A stretch of DNA of 33,116 bases from the IMG/VR virus record IMGVR_UViG_3300037424_000625, positions 1 to 33,116 of that record. The stretch is one strand, 5' to 3'. A model generated the notes under the pieces. It did not search any database, was not told the origin of the DNA, and saw only the letters and a program-made list of their open reading frames with translations. Made by a program: the position numbers and the translations under genes. This stretch comes from a virus (taxonomy: Duplodnaviria > Caudoviricetes). Below, in pieces: positions 9,074 to 17,169 of the stretch (positions are counted from its first letter, which is position 1; every line of letters begins with the position of its first letter).

Positions 9074-9423
9074 TTTCTATTTCGCTCGTTGTATTCTGTC
9101 CAGAGTTCCATCCTAGCTTGTCCGAAGCACCCTACACAATCACAGTCCCAACGACCCTCACACCCACAGATTTTATCTACCCTTTTCTCAAATTCTTCAC
9201 TAGAAAAGGGTACATCTGGATCAAGCTCACGAGGTTTTCGTTTTCTGCAATTAGTTGGTACTTCTTTGTTCCACTCTGGGAATACAGAACTGAACGAAAC
9301 CTGCTTACCATCGTCAAAATGCACCATGTGTACTCCATGGACATTCACTACAACTTCAGCCTTGTACTTCCGACAGAGATCGACGTACTCTCTGACAAAG
9401 TTAGCAGAGTCCTCGTTACTCAC
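9070..9423 (-). CDS. hypothetical protein (Cys-rich C-terminus)
   Basis: 117 aa; GTG start overlapping the ligase stop; stop overlaps the next ATG. Confidence 0.65.
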   Translation of the reverse strand: MSNEDSANFVREYVDLCRKYKAEVVVNVHGVHMVHFDDGKQVSFSSVFPEWNKEVPTNCRKRKPRELDPDVPFSSEEFEKRVDKICGCEGRWDCDCVGCFGQARMELWTEYNERNRK

Positions 9424-10523
9424 AACGGGGCTCCGTTGATCAACTTCATGAAGTACTGACGAGCCAAGACGTTCACAGCGGGCATCACGTCTTTACGCTC
9501 CAGCCCAGACACATCGATCACGTCAGACTCTTCCTTGAGAACGTCTGCTCCGACCAGCTTCAAGAAGACTCCGGTGTTCTTGACGTCCACATCAAGTCCT
9601 TGCTCCTTCAGCTTCTCGATCATCTTCTCACAGCGGTGATCGGTAACTACATTCTCGGCAAACTGCTTGATGCTGTTCACTTTCTCAATGTCAACCGATG
9701 CGGTAGTCTTAACCTTCGTGTCGGAATGCTTCTCTCCCTTGACCTTGAAGATCAGGTCAGAAGTCTTGATGGTGTCATGTGCAGTCACACAACGCCACAC
9801 GATACCTTCACCGACTCCACTGACACCGAAAGCCTTACCGACCGGACATTCTTTTTCTACACCATCGGTCAGTTCAACCAGGTAGTTCTGAACAAGTTCA
9901 GGGCTCGCAAAGTCGATCTCGACGTTCCAAGACTGGAACTGTTGAATCGAGTGGATTCCAGTGTATCCAGTGTATACAATTCCAAGAGTACTGTTGATCT
10001 CCCACTCATACTTGTCTTGTACAGTCTTCAGCTGAGCTGGATTGAACCACTTAGTAGTTCCGCCATCTTGACAGTCTTCAGTCGTTGCTCCGGAAGTGTA
10101 GACCTTGATGCCAAAGACCACAAAGCGCTTCGGAATCTGGGAGATGGCTACACCCTTCATGATGCCTTGACCACACCACTCTCCGTAGATACCAATGAGG
10201 TCACCAGGCTTGATCTCGGTCATCCCATACACCGCAGCCGCAATGTTGAAGTATGTGTCGATTCCACGGCCCGGCACCTTAGAGATGAAGGTTGCAAAGC
10301 CGGAGTTGTCTTTCTCGGGAGTGATGATCTGCTCACGAGATTGGCACCAGATCTCACCTGTCTGTGGATTTTTGACAATAGAAGAATTTGTCCCATGTAA
10401 TTTCACTGTACCGTTAAATGTCAGCTTTGGCAATGAAACATTGTGATAATTGCATCGGTCCCGAACATGTTTGCAGACGCTACGGAACTGATCGATGCTT
10501 GGAAATCTCAAATGAAATGACAT
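9420..10523 (-). CDS. Rnl2-type ATP-dependent RNA ligase
   Basis: motif I 'KLHGTN', 'IYGEWCG', 'FVVFGI', 'GEGIVW', 'FKVKGEKH'. Confidence 0.85.
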   Translation of the reverse strand: MSFHLRFPSIDQFRSVCKHVRDRCNYHNVSLPKLTFNGTVKLHGTNSSIVKNPQTGEIWCQSREQIITPEKDNSGFATFISKVPGRGIDTYFNIAAAVYGMTEIKPGDLIGIYGEWCGQGIMKGVAISQIPKRFVVFGIKVYTSGATTEDCQDGGTTKWFNPAQLKTVQDKYEWEINSTLGIVYTGYTGIHSIQQFQSWNVEIDFASPELVQNYLVELTDGVEKECPVGKAFGVSGVGEGIVWRCVTAHDTIKTSDLIFKVKGEKHSDTKVKTTASVDIEKVNSIKQFAENVVTDHRCEKMIEKLKEQGLDVDVKNTGVFLKLVGADVLKEESDVIDVSGLERKDVMPAVNVLARQYFMKLINGAPL

Positions 10524-11299
10524 ATACTTTTCTCCTTATTTTCTTTCCAATCAGACTCCCAGATAATCTTTACTTTATATCCAATACTAATAAGATAGAA
10601 GTACCGATTTTGATCTAAGCGCCACTTTTCTTTAGCAGTCATCTTCATAATCGGATGATGTTGGTCTGACTGCCAAGTTTTAGGGTTACAATGCCAGAAA
10701 TCTCCATGACATTCTATAATCAACTTTTTTGCTTCACTACAAATGTCTACCTTCATACCATTGACATTCTTATCTAATTCAAGATCAGGTATTGTCTCTT
10801 TGAGAAAATCGAAAACTTCTCTCTGAAATTTTGAGATATATCCTATCATCGAATTTTGAAATACTTTTTCAAAGTGAGATCGACGGTAGTTTGGATCTTT
10901 TAACTTTTCTTGTAATCCTGCATTCGCTCTCATTACTTGAACTTTTTGATCTTCTTTGCTGAGAGAGTTCCACTTAGCAGATGAAAATTTGCTCTTGTTC
11001 TTATCACCGGGACTTTTCATAGCAGAAGCTTTACCAGCTTTTCTGGCATTTTCTCTTCGTTCTTCTATTGAAAGCTTCTCTAATGCAACGGTTCCAGCTT
11101 TACCAAAGTTCTTTGAATTTTCTTTTCTAATACATGAAACGCAAAGATCTCTACCATTAGCAACTCGTTTAGATCTTCTTAACTTTGCTGCATTTTGATG
11201 AAGCTCATAAGTTATGAGACAAAGATCACATTGAAGATTACTGATGATTTTAGTTTTGAATCTTCCATGTCCTTCTATTATAGTTGTACCAAGTTCCAT
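10508..11299 (-). CDS. putative homing endonuclease, PD-(D/E)XK / Vsr-like C-terminal domain
   Basis: N-terminal CxxC...CxxC; C-terminal 'VDIC...IIECHGDFWHCNP...D...GYKVKIIWESDW'; AT-rich compared with neighbours. Confidence 0.75.
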   Translation of the reverse strand: MELGTTIIEGHGRFKTKIISNLQCDLCLITYELHQNAAKLRRSKRVANGRDLCVSCIRKENSKNFGKAGTVALEKLSIEERRENARKAGKASAMKSPGDKNKSKFSSAKWNSLSKEDQKVQVMRANAGLQEKLKDPNYRRSHFEKVFQNSMIGYISKFQREVFDFLKETIPDLELDKNVNGMKVDICSEAKKLIIECHGDFWHCNPKTWQSDQHHPIMKMTAKEKWRLDQNRYFYLISIGYKVKIIWESDWKENKEKSICHFI

Positions 11300-11338
11300 T
11301 CATGTCTCCGTTAATGCCATGAATCTATTTATGGAACT
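11292..11338 (-). promoter_or_regulatory. late promoter CATAAATA embedded in a hairpin covering the endonuclease start codon
   Basis: minus strand AGTTCC-ATAAATAG-ATTCATG ... CATGAAT-GGAACT; the arms are complementary and the 3' arm contains the ATG. Confidence 0.6.
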
Positions 11339-11354
11339 AAGGCAATCTATGTCA

Positions 11355-11384
11355 TTGTATCACATCTTATGAGTCTTGTAAACC
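11355..11384 (-). promoter_or_regulatory. putative sigma70/early promoter
   Basis: (G)TTTACA-17 nt-TACAAT with extended TG. Confidence 0.55.
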
Positions 11385-11882
11385 TGTTTGTTTGTCACGA
11401 ACCCAGAGATGTACGTGTCTAATCGCAGGGAAGGTACCCTTGACGAGCTTAGTCGTTACACCCAAAGGACGTTCAAAGAGAATCAGGTCATCAATTGACC
11501 AGTGATAGTCTTCTACGAGCATTTTGATGTAGCCGGCGATTGCTTCACGGGTCTCAGCCGGTTCTTTGACCCACACTATAAACTGTTGTGTGTTCTTCGG
11601 AACAAGGTAAGGGAACTCGTTACATGCAAACATAAACCTAACATTACCCATCTTCTTTCGAACGTCTTGAGCAAGCTTTTCACGATCGAGAGTGTGATAG
11701 TAAGCTCTCATCTCATCGTTCTTCACCGGCAAGATTATCAGATCACGAATCTGTTGCCGCCACTTAAGAAGATAATCGAAAGTGGGAAAGCGCTCAGGGA
11801 GAATCGGGAAGGCTTTATCAAAAGTCGTCTTCGCGAGAATCTCTGGTGGGGTCATTAGTTGTAGGATGTTGTCGATCAGCAC
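11367..11882 (-). CDS. DUF3605 / HIT-like protein
   Basis: 'NEFPYLVP...FIVW' and 'TFPAIRHVHLWV' resemble DUF3605 motifs (ND.PY...H.VVW; S.P...H.HV). Confidence 0.55.
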   Translation of the reverse strand: MLIDNILQLMTPPEILAKTTFDKAFPILPERFPTFDYLLKWRQQIRDLIILPVKNDEMRAYYHTLDREKLAQDVRKKMGNVRFMFACNEFPYLVPKNTQQFIVWVKEPAETREAIAGYIKMLVEDYHWSIDDLILFERPLGVTTKLVKGTFPAIRHVHLWVRDKQTGLQDS

Positions 11883-12355
11883 GGTTTTGCCTTTCGTTGT
11901 TGAGCTTCTATCTGCTCACGAGAACCTTTCTCCCAGTTGCAGTAGCAACACGCCGTTTGAGTATTCTCGATTTGATCTTTACCACCCAACGCACGGGCAA
12001 GGATGTGATCGTGGGTGAAGAGAACTTCTTCACCGTCCTTGACACCCCAGAGATTTAGGTGGTAGCCACCGTTCCTGGAAGCTGTTGCTAGATCGCGTTC
12101 AACTGCGAAGTGAGTAGCTTCGAGACCACAGCAGAAGCACTTGGTGCCCTTCTCAAGGAAAGTACGAAGACGTAGAGAAGTAGAGTTGACCACCTGGCCG
12201 TTGACTCCGATCTTCACTGTAGATGTATCAAAGATCTTGAATCCTGACGGTTGAAAAGCTTCTCGAGCAGCCTTGATCTGAGCAAAGATAGAATTGATCG
12301 GAGCGGTGCTGTGGCGATCATACTTTTGAATCTGATGCTTAGGCTTACCGGTCAT
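11876..12355 (-). CDS. HNH endonuclease
   Basis: 'CFCC...THDHILARALGGKD...NTQTACCYCNWEKG'; start moved to ATG 12355, which has an AAGGA RBS. Confidence 0.8.
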   Translation of the reverse strand: MTGKPKHQIQKYDRHSTAPINSIFAQIKAAREAFQPSGFKIFDTSTVKIGVNGQVVNSTSLRLRTFLEKGTKCFCCGLEATHFAVERDLATASRNGGYHLNLWGVKDGEEVLFTHDHILARALGGKDQIENTQTACCYCNWEKGSREQIEAQQRKAKPC

Positions 12356-12551
12356 GTCGTTCCTTGCAGGAGAAGGTGTAGTTATCAGTTTGATAACCAC
12401 CGTGAGCACAGTGACCATCAATATAGGCATTTGTAAATCCAACGAAGGCAAAGGTAAGCCCGTATAACGCAATGAGGATAAAGACGATCCAGAAGAAGAT
12501 CATCAATAGATCTTTAGCGATCGATTTCCAAATTTGAAATTTAATTTGCAT
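12345..12551 (-). CDS. small membrane protein
   Basis: 68 aa with one long hydrophobic segment; overlaps both neighbours within the operon. Confidence 0.6.
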   Translation of the reverse strand: MQIKFQIWKSIAKDLLMIFFWIVFILIALYGLTFAFVGFTNAYIDGHCAHGGYQTDNYTFSCKERHDR

Positions 12552-13044
12552 AACGGCTCTCCACTCTCATGAACACTTCATTTATCGGTAAGGGACAGTC
12601 ATCCATCCAAGTCAGTCCCTTCTTAACGTTCCAGGCAGACAGATCTGCCTCGCCAGTACTGATACCGCGAAAGACGTTCAGTCTTAGACTCTTGTTAAAA
12701 CTCGGCAGTAACTTTACAAGTTGCTCGAGGGGTACGGTATCTTTACGAGTATGCATCGTCAAGGTCAAACCGTCAACATGGCCGAGAATTTCTACGAGAT
12801 CTTCAGGTCCTTTTGACCATGCGGTTTGAACGTAGATCTTCGCAGTTGAATTTTGCGAGCGAATGTCTGCCGCAATCTGTTTGATTAGGTCTTGTTTCAA
12901 CATCGGCTCTCCGCCGGTCAAGATGATTGACTTGTAGTCGGCATAAGATTTGCACTCCGGCAGCGAGCTGAGGTCAAAGTTCTTATTGCAACACTTTCGG
13001 CATGATCGGTTGCACTCATTGAGGAGTAGAAGGCGAAGGTTCAT
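12541..13044 (-). CDS. minimal radical SAM protein
   Basis: CxxxCxxC 'CNRSCRKC' and 'LTGGEPML'. Confidence 0.85.
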   Translation of the reverse strand: MNLRLLLLNECNRSCRKCCNKNFDLSSLPECKSYADYKSIILTGGEPMLKQDLIKQIAADIRSQNSTAKIYVQTAWSKGPEDLVEILGHVDGLTLTMHTRKDTVPLEQLVKLLPSFNKSLRLNVFRGISTGEADLSAWNVKKGLTWMDDCPLPINEVFMRVESRYAN

Positions 13045-13523
13045 CAGATCTTCTCTGCTGTGGTCACGAACTTCTGAGCTTTAGCTTTCTTTTTATTTTC
13101 AGCTTTCACTTTCTTGTGGTGAGCTATGGCCTTTGTGACATCCAGATTGTGGTACTTGTGTGGGTCTTTACCGAGTTTCCGCATGATTTCTTTCCACTCA
13201 GCGCCATGCCCCTCAACGTGAAGTCCTTTGTGATCAAACTTGTTGAACTGAACGAGATGTCCGACTTCATGAGGAAGTGTCTCATTGAGGATGTGAGAAA
13301 CGTTGTCCTCAAAGAGGACCATGTTGATCTGGACTCGTAACGAGTGATGTGCCATCCCGGCGGTCTTGGGATCTGTATCACAGAGATCAAACGACAGCGG
13401 AACCGGGATAGGAAGAGTACAACCGAGACGTTTGTTAGCTATCTTGGCGTAGGCATCAGCTACACGCTGTGCCGACATTTGTAGTTCAGTGCAAGTATAA
13501 TCCAACCTAACCTCCTTATTCAT
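13044..13523 (-). CDS. SprT-like zinc metalloprotease
   Basis: 'TAGMA', 'HEVGH' (HExxH), 'HGAEWKEIM'; the true start may be TTG at 13505, which follows AAGGAGG. Confidence 0.85.
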   Translation of the reverse strand: MNKEVRLDYTCTELQMSAQRVADAYAKIANKRLGCTLPIPVPLSFDLCDTDPKTAGMAHHSLRVQINMVLFEDNVSHILNETLPHEVGHLVQFNKFDHKGLHVEGHGAEWKEIMRKLGKDPHKYHNLDVTKAIAHHKKVKAENKKKAKAQKFVTTAEKI

Positions 13524-13538
13524 CAATTGAACAAGGAA

Positions 13539-13569
13539 ATTATATCATGTGCTACTTAAAAGTAAACAC
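13539..13569 (-). promoter_or_regulatory. T4-like early promoter
   Basis: GTGTTTACT-N13-TGATATAAT, same motif as at 18291, 19743 and 25492. Confidence 0.8.
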
Positions 13570-13578
13570 TTTTAATGA

Positions 13579-14388
13579 TTATTTTGCTGAAGATGTGAGT
13601 TTAAAAAGAGTAAGACCGCTAATTTTTGACGGTTCAAATTCTTCAAGTTGGCGGATCATCTCTGCCATCGTCGTTCCTGATGAGAGAATGTCATCTACTA
13701 CGAGAACATTTGCTCCCATGACTTTCTCAAGAACTTCATACGCATCTTTCAATTCAATAAAATTCTTGATGAACTTAAGGTATGGTTTGTAGAACTTCTT
13801 TAGTTCTAGTTCACCATGCTTGATCTGATACTTTAGATTCTTCTTGAGAAGCTCAACTTGATCTGGGTGTTCTGTAGAGAATTTCTTCCAGTCCGGGTGA
13901 CCCGTATTGATGAGAGGCTCAACATCTTCAGCATCAAGAAGCTTCTTAACGAATCTTTCTTCAAGAATTTCAGCATGAGGGTATGCGTCGTGGATCTCAT
14001 CTACGAATTGCTTAAGAAGTGGAGAACTTGACTTTGGGTAGATGATGACGTCAGGTTTTATACGCTTGAGTGCAATCCCAGCATGTTGTTTGACTTGTTG
14101 GAGCAAGGTAGAAAACTGTTTCTCGTTGACTTTGTATGGCCCCTTACCCTTCAGAGACTTCAAGATATTAGTAGAGACATCCGAAGATACGTAATTTAGC
14201 AGAGAGAAGATCTCTGCATTAGTACCTTTGATCTTGGATGTGTACGGTTGAGATCTGAATGAAGTCGAGATTGCGTCCTTAGTAGATCCGGCCTTATAGT
14301 GCTGGGTAGTGATGCGCAGATTGTCACCATCGACGGAGATTTCTTCAACGATGATCTCGTCCAACAAGAATTCTTTGAAAGTAGTCAT
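13579..14388 (-). CDS. phosphoribosyltransferase (type I PRT)-like protein
   Basis: PRPP-binding loop 'VLVVDDILSSGTTM'; 'IIYPKSSS'; MTTFKEFLLDE leader. Confidence 0.75.
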   Translation of the reverse strand: MTTFKEFLLDEIIVEEISVDGDNLRITTQHYKAGSTKDAISTSFRSQPYTSKIKGTNAEIFSLLNYVSSDVSTNILKSLKGKGPYKVNEKQFSTLLQQVKQHAGIALKRIKPDVIIYPKSSSPLLKQFVDEIHDAYPHAEILEERFVKKLLDAEDVEPLINTGHPDWKKFSTEHPDQVELLKKNLKYQIKHGELELKKFYKPYLKFIKNFIELKDAYEVLEKVMGANVLVVDDILSSGTTMAEMIRQLEEFEPSKISGLTLFKLTSSAK

Positions 14389-14732
14389 ATTTTATCTTCA
14401 TGTACAACAGGAGACTCATAGGTACGAGCTTCATCTCCGTACTTCTTGTTTGCATCATCCCAAAATTTTAGCTTCTTCCAATCAGAAACACCTTCTGGAT
14501 TCAACCAATCATAGTACTTACCGTTTAGCTGTAGCACGGTGTGATATTCGGTTTTAGGCTTGATTTGCTTAAATTCAACGATCTTTCCCTTACCACCTAT
14601 TTCTTTACGCAAAGCTTCGGCGTAGAGTACACAATTCCCAACGGCAAGAGAGCTCTTTGGAAGATTCTTTAAGGTAAATGATACTGAAGCATTCTTGCTA
14701 GCTTCAATCATGTTAGTTTCGGTAAAAGCCAT
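14385..14732 (-). CDS. hypothetical protein, possible papain/transglutaminase-like Cys-His-Asp fold
   Basis: 'GNCVLYAEAL...YHTVLQLNGKYYDW'. Confidence 0.55.
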   Translation of the reverse strand: MAFTETNMIEASKNASVSFTLKNLPKSSLAVGNCVLYAEALRKEIGGKGKIVEFKQIKPKTEYHTVLQLNGKYYDWLNPEGVSDWKKLKFWDDANKKYGDEARTYESPVVHEDKI

Positions 14733-14737
14733 GATCT

Positions 14738-14745
14738 TATTTATC
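14738..14745 (-). promoter_or_regulatory. putative late promoter (GATAAATA)
   Basis: lies just after the sheath terminator and 5 nt before the ATG at 14732. Confidence 0.5.
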
Positions 14746-14758
14746 TGTCTTCGTAATG

Positions 14759-14784
14759 AAAAAGGCCCGACCGAAGTCGGGCCT
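14759..14784 (-). terminator. intrinsic terminator after tail sheath gene
   Basis: AGGCCCGAC-TTCG-GTCGGGCCT followed by a T run; C(UUCG)G tetraloop typical of T4-like phages. Confidence 0.85.
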
Positions 14785-14797
14785 CAAACCTGTTCGC

Positions 14798-17062
14798 TTA
14801 TACACCACCAGCCAGGCTGGTACCAGCAGCCACAACGCGGATCGGAATGTAGATAAATTCCGCTGCCTTCGTTGGAGAGACCGCGATGTCAACGTGCAGT
14901 TCATTATTGTTGATGCGCTGCGGAGTGTTGTTTGATTCATCACAGATCGTCACGAAGTCATATAGTCCACGACGTTGCAGAATGTCGTTCAAGTAGTTGT
15001 CAATCATCTGCTTGATCGAATCACGAGTGATGCGATCATTCAATTCAAACAAGTAAGACATTGAAGACTTACGAATGTCACGTTTGATCAACATCATCAT
15101 GCGCATCACGTTAACACGATCAAGTGCAGAAGCGGCCGATGGAGATGTCTTCTGTCCCATCACAATGATGCCGTGCCCGGGGAGGTACGGAATCGGGTTG
15201 ATGTTAGTGTTGAACTGATACAGAAGATCACGCTGACCTTGATTCAGCGGTGCTGAAACGAAGGTGGTAGCGGTTCCCAGAGTGCCCGTAATGTAACCGA
15301 TGTCCTGCAGTCCGGTGACTACACCTCGACGAGTACCAGCAGGCGGATACCAAACTTCAGAGACACTGTCACTGTAAGCGTAGGTTTTCAGAGCAGTACC
15401 AGAAGCAGCAGTAAACACTGTGTTGCCGTCGAGGTTCGAAGCAAGCCCGTGTGGGTAGTAATAAGCCACGTTTTGGCTAATCTGACGAGCAACTGTGCTA
15501 CCCCAAGTAGCAGTTTGTTCTGGAGTATTCGTGAACGGAGTATCTGCGATGACGAAAGCTTCTTCATTGATCGCAAGGCTCAAGTTCAACAGATCCCCTA
15601 CAACTTCATAGTAGCCTGGGCATAGAATTAAGTTGTACTCGTAAATTTCCGAACGAACGTTAGTGTTACCGTTGATCTCAGCCTTTAGAGCGGTGACGAT
15701 CGATGCACGTTTTGCGGCATCATTTGCTCCAAGAACAGAAGTAACGGTACCAGTGCTTGAGATTGCGAACGACCACGCATCTCCTGCGCGGTATACAACA
15801 GTTCCTTGATTTATCGTGAACGATACGTCAAAGTTTGTATACAATGCACCGACGGTTGCATATCCTTGCAGCCCCGACAGTGATCCGGTAACACTAAAAG
15901 TTGTTGGAGCCACAGAAGTGATTGCAAATTCAAATGCGACTGGGGTGCCTCCACCAAGGTTTGCTGAAGCTGCAGAAAGAATGTCATCAGTGTCATATCC
16001 CGAACCTGTAGTTACGATCTGAACGTTAGTAACTCCGTTCGTACCAGTTGTTGGGGTGTTAATGATAACTGCACCACCAAACGCGGTTGAGATTGTCTGG
16101 AATAGATCCGTTCCAGTACCAGCTGGGATCGTTACTACCAATGAAGAAAGAGATCCAAGGGTAGAACTTGTCAAGACGAAACCACCAGGTGTAGCAGCAT
16201 CAACCGCAACGGTAAACAATCCAAGAGACGCATTAGTCATTAAGCCTGCCAAAGAACTAAACGTATCAGTTCCAGTTGCAGTTATGGTGTAAACTAATGC
16301 AGCGCCGCCGTTTACAGTAACCTTGAATGTATAAGAACCGCCTGCGATTCCAGCTAGTGTTGATCCAGTGACAGCTGTTGCAGTATACAGAACTGTAGAA
16401 GTTCCTGGAGTAACTCCAGCCACAGTAATGTTAGCAGTTGCGCCTACACCGTTAAAAGTCGGTCCAGAAGAATAGATCAGGGGAACGTTTAAGTAGCTTC
16501 CAGCGACATATCCAGATCCAGCTAATTGGATAGTACCGGCAGTAACACCGTTAGATCCAGCCGCAGCTGTCAACGTCCACGTTTCTGCTTTAGCAGTTGC
16601 TTGGTTGACTACCGGAGAAGACATCGAGTATCCTGTAGCAGTAGATCCACCCGTTGCAACGAAAGCTGGGGTGCTAGATCCCCAGATCGTTACTGGACTA
16701 TCAGCCAAGTCTACATCTGCGCGAACGACATAAGCATTGCTGAGAATTGTCAAGGCTTGATTTAATGCAAACAAACCGTATTCATTTCTTGCATCCCCGT
16801 GAAGTGGAGTTCCTCCGTCATTTGTTCCGGTGAGAGTTCTGAAAGCTGGTACTCCGTACGTCGAAACTGACTGGTTCAATGAAGTAATTTGACGTACGAT
16901 GCTGTGTTCAAGTGCACCGGCTGCTGGAGTAACTCCGTTAGCTTGCTTCTTGTCAGCTCGTGTTGCAAGGAAGATGAGAGGAACGGTCGGAGCTGCTTGT
17001 GGAATGTAGAAGCTCTCATTGACAATCTGAACTGACACTCCAGGACTAACCAAAACGGCCAT
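14798..17062 (-). CDS. gp18: T4-like contractile tail sheath protein with inserted domains
   Basis: 'LVSPGVSVQIVNES', 'WYPPAGTRRG', 'INPI', 'GQKT', 'DRVNVMR', 'VTICDESNNTP', 'PTKAAEFIYIP'. Confidence 0.92.
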   Translation of the reverse strand: MAVLVSPGVSVQIVNESFYIPQAAPTVPLIFLATRADKKQANGVTPAAGALEHSIVRQITSLNQSVSTYGVPAFRTLTGTNDGGTPLHGDARNEYGLFALNQALTILSNAYVVRADVDLADSPVTIWGSSTPAFVATGGSTATGYSMSSPVVNQATAKAETWTLTAAAGSNGVTAGTIQLAGSGYVAGSYLNVPLIYSSGPTFNGVGATANITVAGVTPGTSTVLYTATAVTGSTLAGIAGGSYTFKVTVNGGAALVYTITATGTDTFSSLAGLMTNASLGLFTVAVDAATPGGFVLTSSTLGSLSSLVVTIPAGTGTDLFQTISTAFGGAVIINTPTTGTNGVTNVQIVTTGSGYDTDDILSAASANLGGGTPVAFEFAITSVAPTTFSVTGSLSGLQGYATVGALYTNFDVSFTINQGTVVYRAGDAWSFAISSTGTVTSVLGANDAAKRASIVTALKAEINGNTNVRSEIYEYNLILCPGYYEVVGDLLNLSLAINEEAFVIADTPFTNTPEQTATWGSTVARQISQNVAYYYPHGLASNLDGNTVFTAASGTALKTYAYSDSVSEVWYPPAGTRRGVVTGLQDIGYITGTLGTATTFVSAPLNQGQRDLLYQFNTNINPIPYLPGHGIIVMGQKTSPSAASALDRVNVMRMMMLIKRDIRKSSMSYLFELNDRITRDSIKQMIDNYLNDILQRRGLYDFVTICDESNNTPQRINNNELHVDIAVSPTKAAEFIYIPIRVVAAGTSLAGGV

Positions 17063-17065
17063 CAT

Positions 17066-17169
17066 AATCTCCTTAAAAATGATTTTGATTATTTAAGATT
17101 AATTCTAAAAATAGAAAATAATTTCTAAATTTATAAATAATTATTAGATACTCATGGAGATACTAGGTA
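17066..17169. promoter_or_regulatory. AT-rich divergent control region with two late-type promoters
   Basis: CTTAAATA on minus (~17089-17097) towards the sheath gene; TATAAATA on plus (17132-17139) towards ORF 17170. Confidence 0.55.

Noticed and set aside
9600-10400. 266-aa plus-strand ORF
   Set aside because: Antisense shadow of the RNA ligase gene
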